A DNA stretch of 64,000 nt from a virus. Under the pieces are notes generated by a model. The model did not search any database, was not told where the DNA came from, and saw nothing but the letters and a program-made list of their open reading frames with translations. Shown piece after piece: positions 7,937 through 16,990 of the stretch. Numbering within the stretch: the stretch's first letter is position 1; the number at the start of each line of letters is the position of its first letter. A program made the translations under genes and the position numbers. The DNA lies in the IMG/VR virus record IMGVR_UViG_3300001041_000017, positions 1-64,000 of that record. The stretch is one strand, 5' to 3'.

Positions 7937-9930
7937 AAAACAGAATTTATAAGTTAAAAAATGAAATAATTAAAGTATTTCAGAAATGGCAAACAAATAT
8001 TATGACTTCATTTTGGGGATCAGATTTTGATGGTCTTATAATAAAATCATCTTCCGGCATACCTCAAGAATTAGAGGATAAATTAATAGCTATGGTTCCG
8101 GTAGAAGAATTAAATGAAGTTATAAGGGAATCTTTTAATCAAGGAATAAAAATAGAAACAATAAATCATTCAGTCAAATTTGATGATGGATTAATAGACT
8201 GGACTTTATACGATAAAAGAACTTCTAAATTTCTAGACAACTACACATTTAAGGCCAGTCAAAAAACTCTAGATCGGATAAATGGAGGAAATATTCTGGG
8301 ATTGATTAAAGATCAGAATGAAAAGGGTGGAGATATCAACGATATGATCCATTCCATCCATAAGTCTTTTCAGGAGTTTTCCGATTACGAGGCAGAAAGA
8401 ATAGCAAGAACTGAAACATTAAGAGCAAGAAACTTTGCTAGATTTATGTCTTTAAAAGAAGACTTTAATGTAGATAAAAAGACTTGGCAAACTCATATAG
8501 ACGGTAGACAAAGAAAATCACATGAAAAATTGCATCTGGAGACTGTTCCAATAGATGAACCGTTTCCTAATGGATTGATGTTTCCGGGAGATCCTTCGGG
8601 TATTCCAAGTGAAGTAATAAATTGTAGATGTAGTCTACTTTCTGGTCAAAGTCCTGATAAAATAAAAAGAAAAACAGATGATGAGGATTATGAGATAGAA
8701 GATCCTATGGAATCTATAAAGGAAGACCTTCCACAACACTATATAGATTATTCCCTAAAATATATGGAGAGGTTAGCTAGGAAGTTAGAAAAAGAAATGA
8801 TTGATAATGAAGAAATAAATAATTTATTAAATCAAAATATGAGTATTATGGCAAAACAAGCAGAAGAAACAATGAGAGAAATGGAAGTTGATCTATCAGG
8901 AAATGTTTTTGTTTTAGATACTAGAAATAGCTATGAAAACATTGTTTTTGGAAACATTAAAAATGTTAATCGGGAATTATCTTTGGTTTCAGAAATAACT
9001 CCAGAAATTATTTTAGCGGAGTCTAAAAACATAACCATTCCTGAATACTTCAAGATACCTGAAGAGGGTTATAAATATTATCCTTTGGTAAGTCAAAAAG
9101 AAATTCTTAGAGAAGTTTCAAGACTTCCTCAAGGGCCTAAAAGGTATAGAATAAAACAAACAGGGTTCAAGATACCTAATAAAACTATTATTGTTGATGA
9201 TGTTATTTATACAGCTTACGATTCCGAGATAGAAGATATCATCTATTCAGCAACAGAAATATTTGTTAAACAAGAACAAGAACATCTACCTGGTCTTACC
9301 GTTCAAGACGTTATAGATACGTTTTTTGACGGAGATAATAGGTTTGAATTTGATATAGTAACACCAGAAGAAAAAAGACAATTCTTAAAGCAATATTGTT
9401 ATAAGAATAAAATGTTAGCCGGATCTGTTAATTTTGAGATAGACCTGAAAGACATAGAAAATACTTTTGGTGGAGTAGAAGAAATATTGAATCTACCTAA
9501 TGATGATTTTAGAGAAATTTTCTTTAAGTCATTTAGCCCAAAATTTGATTTAGATGTTTCTGTAGAAGATAGTTTTTCAAATAAAACAATTAAGAAAATA
9601 TCTAATATGATCGATTGGGTGGAAGGTTATATTTTTGGCTCCGTATTAACTGCCCCAATAATAATTCACTATGTTAAAGAGGAAAGTTATTACGATTTAA
9701 TCAACAATATTATTTACTTGAATGATGAGTCGGATGAAGAAGATATTCTAAGATATATTGGATTCTACATTCAGAATACTAATTCAGGAATATTTAAAGA
9801 GTTATCTCAGAGTGATTTTATGGCAAGAATATTACCAAAATTACTTTCTGGTAAATCTATAAAAGAGTTATACAAAAATGACAAAGAATCATTTGAAAAA
9901 ATATTTTCAATTGTAAGGGGGAGTTTTTAA
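7909..9930 (+). CDS. MuF / SPP1 gp7-like head morphogenesis protein with long C-terminal extension
   Basis: AERIARTE, KTWQT..DGRQRKSH, LMFPGDP, EVINCRC; ~430 extra residues. Confidence 0.88.
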   Translation: MEQKIQRQLENRIYKLKNEIIKVFQKWQTNIMTSFWGSDFDGLIIKSSSGIPQELEDKLIAMVPVEELNEVIRESFNQGIKIETINHSVKFDDGLIDWTLYDKRTSKFLDNYTFKASQKTLDRINGGNILGLIKDQNEKGGDINDMIHSIHKSFQEFSDYEAERIARTETLRARNFARFMSLKEDFNVDKKTWQTHIDGRQRKSHEKLHLETVPIDEPFPNGLMFPGDPSGIPSEVINCRCSLLSGQSPDKIKRKTDDEDYEIEDPMESIKEDLPQHYIDYSLKYMERLARKLEKEMIDNEEINNLLNQNMSIMAKQAEETMREMEVDLSGNVFVLDTRNSYENIVFGNIKNVNRELSLVSEITPEIILAESKNITIPEYFKIPEEGYKYYPLVSQKEILREVSRLPQGPKRYRIKQTGFKIPNKTIIVDDVIYTAYDSEIEDIIYSATEIFVKQEQEHLPGLTVQDVIDTFFDGDNRFEFDIVTPEEKRQFLKQYCYKNKMLAGSVNFEIDLKDIENTFGGVEEILNLPNDDFREIFFKSFSPKFDLDVSVEDSFSNKTIKKISNMIDWVEGYIFGSVLTAPIIIHYVKEESYYDLINNIIYLNDESDEEDILRYIGFYIQNTNSGIFKELSQSDFMARILPKLLSGKSIKELYKNDKESFEKIFSIVRGSF

Positions 9931-9931
9931 T

Positions 9932-10234
9932 TTGATTAGTATTAAAGACGGTGAAAAAAGAAAGGTAGGAATAGAATTAGAATCAAGTAATAAGAAAAAT
10001 AATTTTGTGATAAGTGATGCAGAATTTAAGGTTGAAAGAATGGACGAAAAAACACCTGTTTCTATTGATGAAAGGCAGATTTTCATAATTCAACCTACTA
10101 AAACCTCTCCAGCAGAGGTTTATATTATTTTAGACTGGAATGAACTTTTACCAGATATTTATTCTTTCCTTTTTTCAGTAAGTATTTTTGATGAAATATA
10201 TACTGGTAAAGTTACGGTTGAAATAGAGATATGA
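9932..10234 (+). CDS. Small beta-rich virion protein
   Basis: ORF in head module with Ig/BppU-N-like strand pattern. Confidence 0.55.
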   Translation: MISIKDGEKRKVGIELESSNKKNNFVISDAEFKVERMDEKTPVSIDERQIFIIQPTKTSPAEVYIILDWNELLPDIYSFLFSVSIFDEIYTGKVTVEIEI

Positions 10235-10289
10235 TTTTAAGATTTTTATTAACAGAAAAAATTAAAAACTTTGAAAAGGAGAATGAATC

Positions 10290-10706
10290 TTGAATTACAT
10301 TCTACTTTTAAACAATAATCCAACAGTAGGGGTAGAAGATGGGGATAATGTTTCTAGCGGAGATAGGCTTAATCCGGTACTATCAGATCCTTTAGATACT
10401 TCTTTTAACGAAGAGAGTTTACCAATAAAATTAGCTATAAGATGTATTTTTGGTTACGAAACTTCTAATAATGTCAAAATAACTCCTTTTGGAGAAAATG
10501 AAGATAGATGGAGTTTGGCATTAGATGATAACGAACAGCCAGGAATATTTCTAAGTTATGGTGACTCTTTAGAAATAAATGAAGTTATCAAGGATAAAAA
10601 TTATGTATTCTGGGTTAAAGACAGAACGATCTCTGGAGAATTACCTGTTAACGACAAAACAGTTTCTTTAAAAGTCGAAACAAAGATCTCCTCTAATCTC
10701 TTATAA
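10290..10706 (+). CDS. Virion structural protein (putative)
   Basis: AAAGGAG RBS; beta-rich; located in head module. Confidence 0.6.
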   Translation: MNYILLLNNNPTVGVEDGDNVSSGDRLNPVLSDPLDTSFNEESLPIKLAIRCIFGYETSNNVKITPFGENEDRWSLALDDNEQPGIFLSYGDSLEINEVIKDKNYVFWVKDRTISGELPVNDKTVSLKVETKISSNLL

Positions 10707-10731
10707 ATGAAAAAAGGGAGGGTAAAACATT

Positions 10732-11442
10732 ATGGCTAGTTATGTAGAACTAATTCTCGATGTTACAGGACCGGCAGGAGTTACCGCTACGCTTGAGGGT
10801 GGGGCTAATTTTACAACGGGTCAATTGGTTGACTGTGCAATCGCTACGTCCGATGCTGATGCTACGGGATATAAAGTTAAAATCTGGGGTGACGTTGACG
10901 AGACCGAAAATCCCAACATTCAGACCGACGAAGCTGATGCTATTTACTTCAGTCCTACTTGGGATGTTAATGAAGTAACACAGCAAGTAAAACTGGTCTC
11001 TGGTGACGGTCTCAAGACTATTTATGTAAAGATCATGGATACCGTTGATAACGTGTCTAGTTCAGCAAATGACACTATTACCTTGGATGAAACAAGTCCG
11101 GCTATTACTACTGGGGATCCTAACGTGCCGAGGATTAGTAATAAGACAGGCAAAAGAACTGCCGTATTCACATTCCAAGCGGATACCGCTTTTGACGAAT
11201 ACGTAGTTATGGTGGTTCCGACTACTGGTTCTGTGTATGCCGATGGAACCGTTATTGGTACTACAAACGGTTCTGCTAATACTTCTGGTAATGCTGGAGA
11301 ATATCCGGCCACAACTCCTATTTCTGTTACTGTCGATTATGATGATCTTATCGCTGCCGGGGCAGCTTCCGGAGAAACCCCCAACATCGTTAAAGTGTTT
11401 GTCAAAGAGCATTCCGATGTTGAAGAATGGACTACTATCTAG
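10732..11442 (+). CDS. Two-Ig-domain protein, putative major head-fibre subunit
   Basis: GDGLKTIYVK, TITLDETSP Ig junction; Thr/Ala/Gly-rich; strong RBS; own terminator. Confidence 0.65.
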   Translation: MASYVELILDVTGPAGVTATLEGGANFTTGQLVDCAIATSDADATGYKVKIWGDVDETENPNIQTDEADAIYFSPTWDVNEVTQQVKLVSGDGLKTIYVKIMDTVDNVSSSANDTITLDETSPAITTGDPNVPRISNKTGKRTAVFTFQADTAFDEYVVMVVPTTGSVYADGTVIGTTNGSANTSGNAGEYPATTPISVTVDYDDLIAAGAASGETPNIVKVFVKEHSDVEEWTTI

Positions 11443-11445
11443 TTT

Positions 11446-11483
11446 AAAAAAGAGGAGATGCTTTTATAGGTCTCCTCTTTTTT
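11446..11483 (+). terminator. Intrinsic terminator
   Basis: AAAAAAGAGGAGA...TCTCCTCTTTTTT. Confidence 0.8.
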
Positions 11484-11520
11484 ATTATGTAATTTTAATA
11501 TAAAGATTGGAGTTGAGAAT

Positions 11521-11826
11521 ATGTCTAATCCAATTATAAATATAATATCAAGATCTGTTCCTGTTATCTCCCGAAAGGAAGGATCTAATTCTTGCACAAT
11601 AGTTTTTACTTCAGATCAAAATCTAACAGAATGGGAAGCTAGAGCAGACGGAACCGGTCCGGGAACAGGTTTACTTGTAGGGAGTGGAACTTCTTTAACA
11701 GCAGAAACAGAACAATCTTTTTATGTTGATTCTACAGAACTGGATACAGAAACATATATAAATAAAACCTATAGAATTAATGTTTATGGAAAGAATTCAA
11801 GCGGAGAATGGTCTTTGTATGAATAG
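11521..11826 (+). CDS. Single Ig-like domain, paralogue of the C-terminal half of 10732-11442
   Basis: PVISRKEGSNSCTIVFTSD vs PRISNKTGKRTAVFTFQAD; both end with a Trp close to the C-terminus. Confidence 0.7.
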   Translation: MSNPIINIISRSVPVISRKEGSNSCTIVFTSDQNLTEWEARADGTGPGTGLLVGSGTSLTAETEQSFYVDSTELDTETYINKTYRINVYGKNSSGEWSLYE

Positions 11827-12628
11827 TTGGATTGAATTAATTATTGATATTTCTAATCCAAATATTGAAGTAGACTATCCATCGGTAATTTATCAAGGAG
11901 ATGTTGTATCTCTTAGAATTGTGTCAGATAAAATTTTGGATACTGAATTTCAAAACATTTATTTGATAGACCTATTAGGAGAGAAAAATATTCTCCTTTT
12001 TAATTTCATGGATGAAAATAATTTAACCTTAGAACTAGATACAACAAATATACCTACGGGAATAATTCAATTATTTATTTCCCTAAGAGACGATCTTCAT
12101 AATCCTAGAATTATTGAGAAAGATATAAGAATCTATCCTGAAAATTATTTCAATAAAAGTAGTTGGATTGAGTTAGTTTTGGATGTTTCAAATCCAAACT
12201 TAAGTATAGGGTTTCCTATAGAAATTTATCAAGAAGACATTATTTCACTAACAATAAATTCAGATAAAATTTTGGATACGGAATTTCAAAACATTTATCT
12301 GGTTGATAGGTTAGGCGAAAAACATGATCTTCTTTTTTCTTTTGTAGATGAGAAAAGGTTAACTTTAGAATTAGACACAAGAAATATTTCTCCTGGAACA
12401 GCTATTCTTCATGTCGAATTAAGAGATGATTTATATAACACCAGGATAGTAGAAACATCTATGAAAATAAATTTCAGACCTAAAGATATTATTTATTTCT
12501 TTGATACATTAAGAAAGATTTATCAGCCAATAGAAACACGGTTTGATTTAGAAAGATCCTTTAAGCAATTAAATTTTGTTATTTCAGAAATCAAACCAAC
12601 GGTGAAAATTAAGGAGATGATTTTTTGA
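11819..12628 (+). CDS. Tandem-duplicated Ig-like protein (start likely ATG 11819)
   Basis: Two copies of SWIELxxDxSNPN...SDKILDTEFQNIYL; the duplication is also visible in the DNA. Confidence 0.7.
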   Translation: MNSWIELIIDISNPNIEVDYPSVIYQGDVVSLRIVSDKILDTEFQNIYLIDLLGEKNILLFNFMDENNLTLELDTTNIPTGIIQLFISLRDDLHNPRIIEKDIRIYPENYFNKSSWIELVLDVSNPNLSIGFPIEIYQEDIISLTINSDKILDTEFQNIYLVDRLGEKHDLLFSFVDEKRLTLELDTRNISPGTAILHVELRDDLYNTRIVETSMKINFRPKDIIYFFDTLRKIYQPIETRFDLERSFKQLNFVISEIKPTVKIKEMIF

Positions 12629-13602
12629 AATATGTAATAAGAAAAGAAGAAAATATTTTATCTAATTTGGATCAAGCAAATACTGTGATATCTCAATTAT
12701 CAGAAGATGATATTAACCTTCTAGGTCCAAGATGGTTTTATGACGAAGCTCAGTTGAGAATTATTTATGTAGAAGATGATATTCCTGTAGGATTTATAGA
12801 AACAAGAATCATAGGGAAAAGATGTTATCTAAATATTGCTGTTTTGTCCGATCATAGAAACAAAGGAATTTCGGATGCTTTAATTTCTGGAATGAAAGAA
12901 TTGATAATTCAAGATTATCCAGATGTTAATAAAATTTTCTACATAACAAAATCAGATAATCAGGCATCTATAAATTTAGCAACAAGAACGGGTTTTATAG
13001 ATTCAGGAAGTAAGGACGGATACACCAGATACTCTTTTGTTTTAAAAGAAGATTACTCTATAGAGAAAGTAGATGATGATTTTATGGTTTATAGTGAAGT
13101 CAAAAAAAGTGTAACTCAAACCGACTTTTCATTACAAATGAATATTTTTAAAGTTGATGAAATGAAAGGAATTGTTTATGGAAAAGCTTTAATTCCAAAC
13201 TATGTAGATTCTCAATCTGATATTTGTACTCCAGAAGAGGTCGAAAAAATAGCTCATGGTTTTATGATCGGATTACAAATGCCGGTAGTTCAAAAAAGCC
13301 AGCTTGGAGATATGCACGAAAACTTTGGGGAAAACCCTTGGGAAATAGGATTAGTATTAGAGTCTTATATTTCTCCCGATGATGGAAGTTGGGTTCTTGT
13401 AACAAAACCTAACGAAGTTATTTTAGAGAAAATTAAAAAACTAGAAATAACAGGATACTCAATTGGTGGAGTTGGTTTCAGAACTCCATTAGAAATTGAC
13501 GATGAAAATTTAGTTGAAAAAGTAGAAAAAAACAAAGCATTAAGTTCAGAAATTACTCAAGAAATATCTGATATATACAAACAACTAACAAATAACAAAT
13601 AA
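12625..13602 (+). CDS. GNAT acetyltransferase fused to XkdF-type prohead serine protease domain
   Basis: GNAT: IAVLSDHRNKGISDAL, NQASINLATRTGF. Protease: IVYGKALIPN..DSQSD, DMH, VLESYI, GSWVLVTK, ITGYSIGG. Confidence 0.8.
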   Translation: MKYVIRKEENILSNLDQANTVISQLSEDDINLLGPRWFYDEAQLRIIYVEDDIPVGFIETRIIGKRCYLNIAVLSDHRNKGISDALISGMKELIIQDYPDVNKIFYITKSDNQASINLATRTGFIDSGSKDGYTRYSFVLKEDYSIEKVDDDFMVYSEVKKSVTQTDFSLQMNIFKVDEMKGIVYGKALIPNYVDSQSDICTPEEVEKIAHGFMIGLQMPVVQKSQLGDMHENFGENPWEIGLVLESYISPDDGSWVLVTKPNEVILEKIKKLEITGYSIGGVGFRTPLEIDDENLVEKVEKNKALSSEITQEISDIYKQLTNNK

Positions 13603-13644
13603 AAAGATACGCACAAAACAAAAAATAATGAGGAGGTGTAAATA

Positions 13645-14769
13645 TTGGCGAAAACTAAAGTAAATCTCCTTCACGACACTCAAGTTAATGAAGTTTCTTA
13701 TGTCGATAAAGGAGCAATTGGGCAAAAGTTTTACTTTATGAAAAGAGATACTTCTGCCGAACCGGAAACTCAAATTCCTGAAAAGCAAACTACTATCCAA
13801 AAAATTATTTCTTCGATTACTAAATCCTTCAAAGGTAAAGTTGAGAAGAGTGACGGTTTTACCGATTTCACGGCTGCCATAAGTTACGAAGTTAACAATG
13901 ATAAACTTTGGGATGCTTATTGGGCTATAAGAGATGTTATTTTTAACATCATTGGTGATGAAAATATAACAGATAAAAGTTTTGCTATCGGTAATGCGTG
14001 TGATCAGTTTAAGAATTATGTTATTTCTCTGGTTAGTCAATTCACTGTAGCCAAACGCCAGGAAATTGTTAAAAAGTATCAGGAAGAAAACACTACTGTA
14101 GATGATGCTTTCGGAGTTTTCATTGAGGATCTAGTTAACATCTCAAAAAGTTCACAAACTCCGGAAACTGATATTGGTTCTGCCGTTTTAAACTTCAAAA
14201 ATCAAATGACTTCGGTATTGAGTGATAATGTTCAAAAGGCAGGTAAGAAAGTTTCTTCTGCCAGATTGGACACCTTAAAGGTTTTATCTAGTCAATTGAA
14301 TGACTTTATTGCGGATGCGGAATCTGTTCCGGCTGATACAGGAGATGGTTCCGGTGAGGGTGTTTCAAAAAACGATAATGGTAAGGGGGAAGATAACGAG
14401 ATGAAACCTGAAGATTTAACTGCGGTTCTTAAAGGTGTTTTGGAACCTCTTTCTCAAAAGATGGATGAGGTAACAAAACGTCTTGAAGATGTTGAAAAGA
14501 AAAAGACAGAAGAATCCCCTTCTGCTGGAGCAACTACTGAAACTGTAGTCAAAACAGCAGAACCGGTCCAAAAAACTGAGGCAGAACTTATTACTGAAGC
14601 TATTCAGAAAGCTATGGAACCGTTAACTACAAAAATCGAAGAAGTTACCAAACGCCTTGAAACCGTTGAAAAAATGGAAGCAAATCCTCCGGCAGCTGCT
14701 ACTGGCTCCGAGGGAACTCCTGATCCGGTAACTAAAAGCGGTAAGAAGTGGCCTAGTTTTTCCGCTTAA
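13645..14769 (+). CDS. Capsid scaffold protein carrying the EVSYVDKGA protease strand at its N-terminus
   Basis: VNEVSYVDKGA; coiled-coil repeats EPL..K.EEVTKRLE.VEK; directly upstream of the capsid gene. Confidence 0.75.
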   Translation: MAKTKVNLLHDTQVNEVSYVDKGAIGQKFYFMKRDTSAEPETQIPEKQTTIQKIISSITKSFKGKVEKSDGFTDFTAAISYEVNNDKLWDAYWAIRDVIFNIIGDENITDKSFAIGNACDQFKNYVISLVSQFTVAKRQEIVKKYQEENTTVDDAFGVFIEDLVNISKSSQTPETDIGSAVLNFKNQMTSVLSDNVQKAGKKVSSARLDTLKVLSSQLNDFIADAESVPADTGDGSGEGVSKNDNGKGEDNEMKPEDLTAVLKGVLEPLSQKMDEVTKRLEDVEKKKTEESPSAGATTETVVKTAEPVQKTEAELITEAIQKAMEPLTTKIEEVTKRLETVEKMEANPPAAATGSEGTPDPVTKSGKKWPSFSA

Positions 14770-14844
14770 CAACTAAATACTTTAGTTAAATTTAATCCGG
14801 TGTAATCCGGTTTTTTTATTTTCAATTTTAGGGAGGGAAATAAA

Positions 14845-16044
14845 TTGGCTAAGTCTGTTCAACAGCTTATAAACAAAGGAGTTGTTACTAGCGGATCTTT
14901 TACAGGTTCCATTGGTATGACTCACGATGAAGCAAATACTTTTATTGATTATGTGGTAGATGAAAGCTGGTTAAAAGGTAACGTCCGGCTAGAACGGATG
15001 TCTGCTGCTACTAAAAAGATTGACAAGCTTGATATCGGTGGTCGTGTTTTAGTTCCTGCTACTGCTGCTCAAGATCCTGGTAACACTGTAGGTATCGAAA
15101 CCAGTCAAATTGAATTAGTCGCAAGAGAAATGATCGCCATTGCTGAAATCGGAGATGATTCCCTAGAGGATAACATCGAAGGTGATGCTTTTGTAGATCA
15201 CTTGATGCGCATGGTTGCAGCTAAAATTGGTAACGAACTTGAAGAAGCGTACCTAATGGGTAAGGCTTTACTTCCTGGTCAGATGAATACTGCTACTCAT
15301 ATCAATCAACTCTTCGAAGGTTGGTATCAAAGAAGCCTTGCAGGTGCTCACATTTTTGATTGTTCTACTTCCGATACACGGTTTATTGACAGACCTAAAC
15401 TTTCGAAAGCATTAAAACTTCTGCCGACTAAGTATCGCCGGAATAAGGCGAATATGAGGTACTTAATGGCCGATGATCTGAGTCAGGATTACAATGACTA
15501 TCTGGCTGATAGCAGGGGAACACCTCTGGGTGATAACTTTGTCATGGGTACGGCCCAAATGTCTTACAGTAATATAAGACTCCAATCCATGTCTCTGTTA
15601 CCGACTGAAATGCCAGTAGCTAAAACTGGTGGTGTTAGTACCAAAATGACATCCGATGTACCTGCAAAATCTATGTCATTCCAAGTGGTTTCTGTTACTG
15701 GTATTACCGCTGGACAAGAATTAGTTCTTGGGTTGAATACCCCTTATGAAGAAAAAGTTATGGTTTCTGCGGTAGATGCTGATACCAAAACTGTTACCAT
15801 TAGATCTTTGTTGGCGTTTAAGCATTACGCCGGAAGTGATATTCAGGAATGTACTTCTGACGGAACCTTTGCTATGTTAACTGATTACCGAAATCTTATC
15901 TGTGGTATTCATCGTGATATTCGGTTTGAAACCGAGAGACATCCCAGAAAGCGTTCTACTTCTTTCGTGTTTACTCTCCGGGCAGATGTTCAAATGGAGA
16001 ATCCTGAAGCCGTTGTCCTTTTGACCAATCTTCAGGTGAAGTAG
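14845..16044 (+). CDS. Major capsid protein (HK97 fold, XkdG-like)
   Basis: ANTFIDYVVDES, DDSLEDNIEG, KIGNELE, LPTKYRR, RADVQMENPEAVV. Confidence 0.9.
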   Translation: MAKSVQQLINKGVVTSGSFTGSIGMTHDEANTFIDYVVDESWLKGNVRLERMSAATKKIDKLDIGGRVLVPATAAQDPGNTVGIETSQIELVAREMIAIAEIGDDSLEDNIEGDAFVDHLMRMVAAKIGNELEEAYLMGKALLPGQMNTATHINQLFEGWYQRSLAGAHIFDCSTSDTRFIDRPKLSKALKLLPTKYRRNKANMRYLMADDLSQDYNDYLADSRGTPLGDNFVMGTAQMSYSNIRLQSMSLLPTEMPVAKTGGVSTKMTSDVPAKSMSFQVVSVTGITAGQELVLGLNTPYEEKVMVSAVDADTKTVTIRSLLAFKHYAGSDIQECTSDGTFAMLTDYRNLICGIHRDIRFETERHPRKRSTSFVFTLRADVQMENPEAVVLLTNLQVK

Positions 16045-16045
16045 T

Positions 16046-16399
16046 ATGGAAAAACAGCTAAGTAAAAATTTCAATGAATCAGAATTTGTATGCAAATGTG
16101 GCTGCGGAACCGTCCATGTAAATCCTAATCTTATCTCTAAACTTCAAAAACTTAGAGATATGGTTGGGAAACCTATAACTATTGTTTCTGGTTATAGGTG
16201 TGCAGCTCATAACGCTGCTGTAGGTGGGGTTCCGAGAAGTCAACATAAACTTGGTAATGCTGCCGATATATCTATATCAGGAATGTCTCCTGCTGAAGTC
16301 GCTAAACTGGCTGAAAAGGTTGGGTTTAACGGTATCGGGAGATATTCTACATTCACTCACGTTGATGTTAGAGGTTATAGATCTAGGTGGAATGGTTAG
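16046..16399 (+). CDS. Peptidase M15A (D-Ala-D-Ala / L-Ala-D-Glu type), possible endolysin
   Basis: EFVCKCGCG, SGYRC..HN..VGG...SQHKLGNAADI, FTHVDVR. Confidence 0.9.
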   Translation: MEKQLSKNFNESEFVCKCGCGTVHVNPNLISKLQKLRDMVGKPITIVSGYRCAAHNAAVGGVPRSQHKLGNAADISISGMSPAEVAKLAEKVGFNGIGRYSTFTHVDVRGYRSRWNG

Positions 16400-16461
16400 A
16401 CCATATTGCTGAACCTAACAATATGGTCTTAATAAAATACTTAATGAAAGGAGGAATCCTA

Positions 16462-16641
16462 ATGCCTAAAGTACCGAAAAATATGACTGGTGACGGTAAT
16501 TTAGTTCATCCTGACGTTAAAGAGTGCTTGAATGCTGCTGTAGCAGATTTGGCAACACTTCGGGCTGAAATAATTGCCCTGAAAGGTGAAGAAGGAACTG
16601 AAACTCCCGAACTCACACTGGAAAAATCGGAAGATTCCTAA
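16462..16641 (+). CDS. Small coiled-coil virion protein (start ATG 16462)
   Basis: GAAAGGAGG RBS 7 nt upstream; VADLATLRAEIIALK. Confidence 0.65.
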   Translation: MPKVPKNMTGDGNLVHPDVKECLNAAVADLATLRAEIIALKGEEGTETPELTLEKSEDS

Positions 16642-16666
16642 ACTTCATAAAATCCAAAAACTACAG

Positions 16667-16699
16667 AGGGGCTAAATGTTAAAGTTTAGCCCCTTTTTT
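16667..16699 (+). terminator. Terminator of the capsid operon
   Basis: AGGGGCTAAA...TTTAGCCCCT plus TTTTT. Confidence 0.8.
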
Positions 16700-16739
16700 A
16701 ATATCTATTTTTAATAATTGTTGAAAGGAAGTTTTATTT

Positions 16740-16967
16740 TTGTCAAATAAATCTGTTTCAAAAAATTTAGATTTAGAGAGAAAATTCTCTTATCATCCTC
16801 CAAAATTAGGACAGCCAGAAAAATATGAGATTATTAGAAGTATGGCTAAAGATTTAGCATACAGAATTAATGAATTATGTCCTGATTGTGAAGAAAAATA
16901 TGAATCCTTAAAAAGACTTCAGGAATCTGTTTTCTGGGCTAATGCCGGAATAGCTAGAAACGAATAA
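16740..16967 (+). CDS. Acb2/Tad1-like hairpin protein (putative immune-signal sponge)
   Basis: FSYHPPK.GQPEKYE.IR..AK.LA..I.ELCP..EK..SL..LQESVFWANAGIARN pattern recognised from memory of this family. Confidence 0.7.
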   Translation: MSNKSVSKNLDLERKFSYHPPKLGQPEKYEIIRSMAKDLAYRINELCPDCEEKYESLKRLQESVFWANAGIARNE

Positions 16968-16990
16968 TTTTTGAAAGGAGAATCTTTTAA

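Noticed and set aside
14794-14817. Terminator between scaffold and capsid genes
   Set aside because: The stem is only about 4-6 bp with a mismatch, too weak to call.
16035-16050. Possible capsid-peptidase fusion by readthrough or frameshift
   Set aside because: The peptidase is in the +1 frame with a TGA two codons upstream, readthrough hits TAA within 7 codons, and there is no slippery site.
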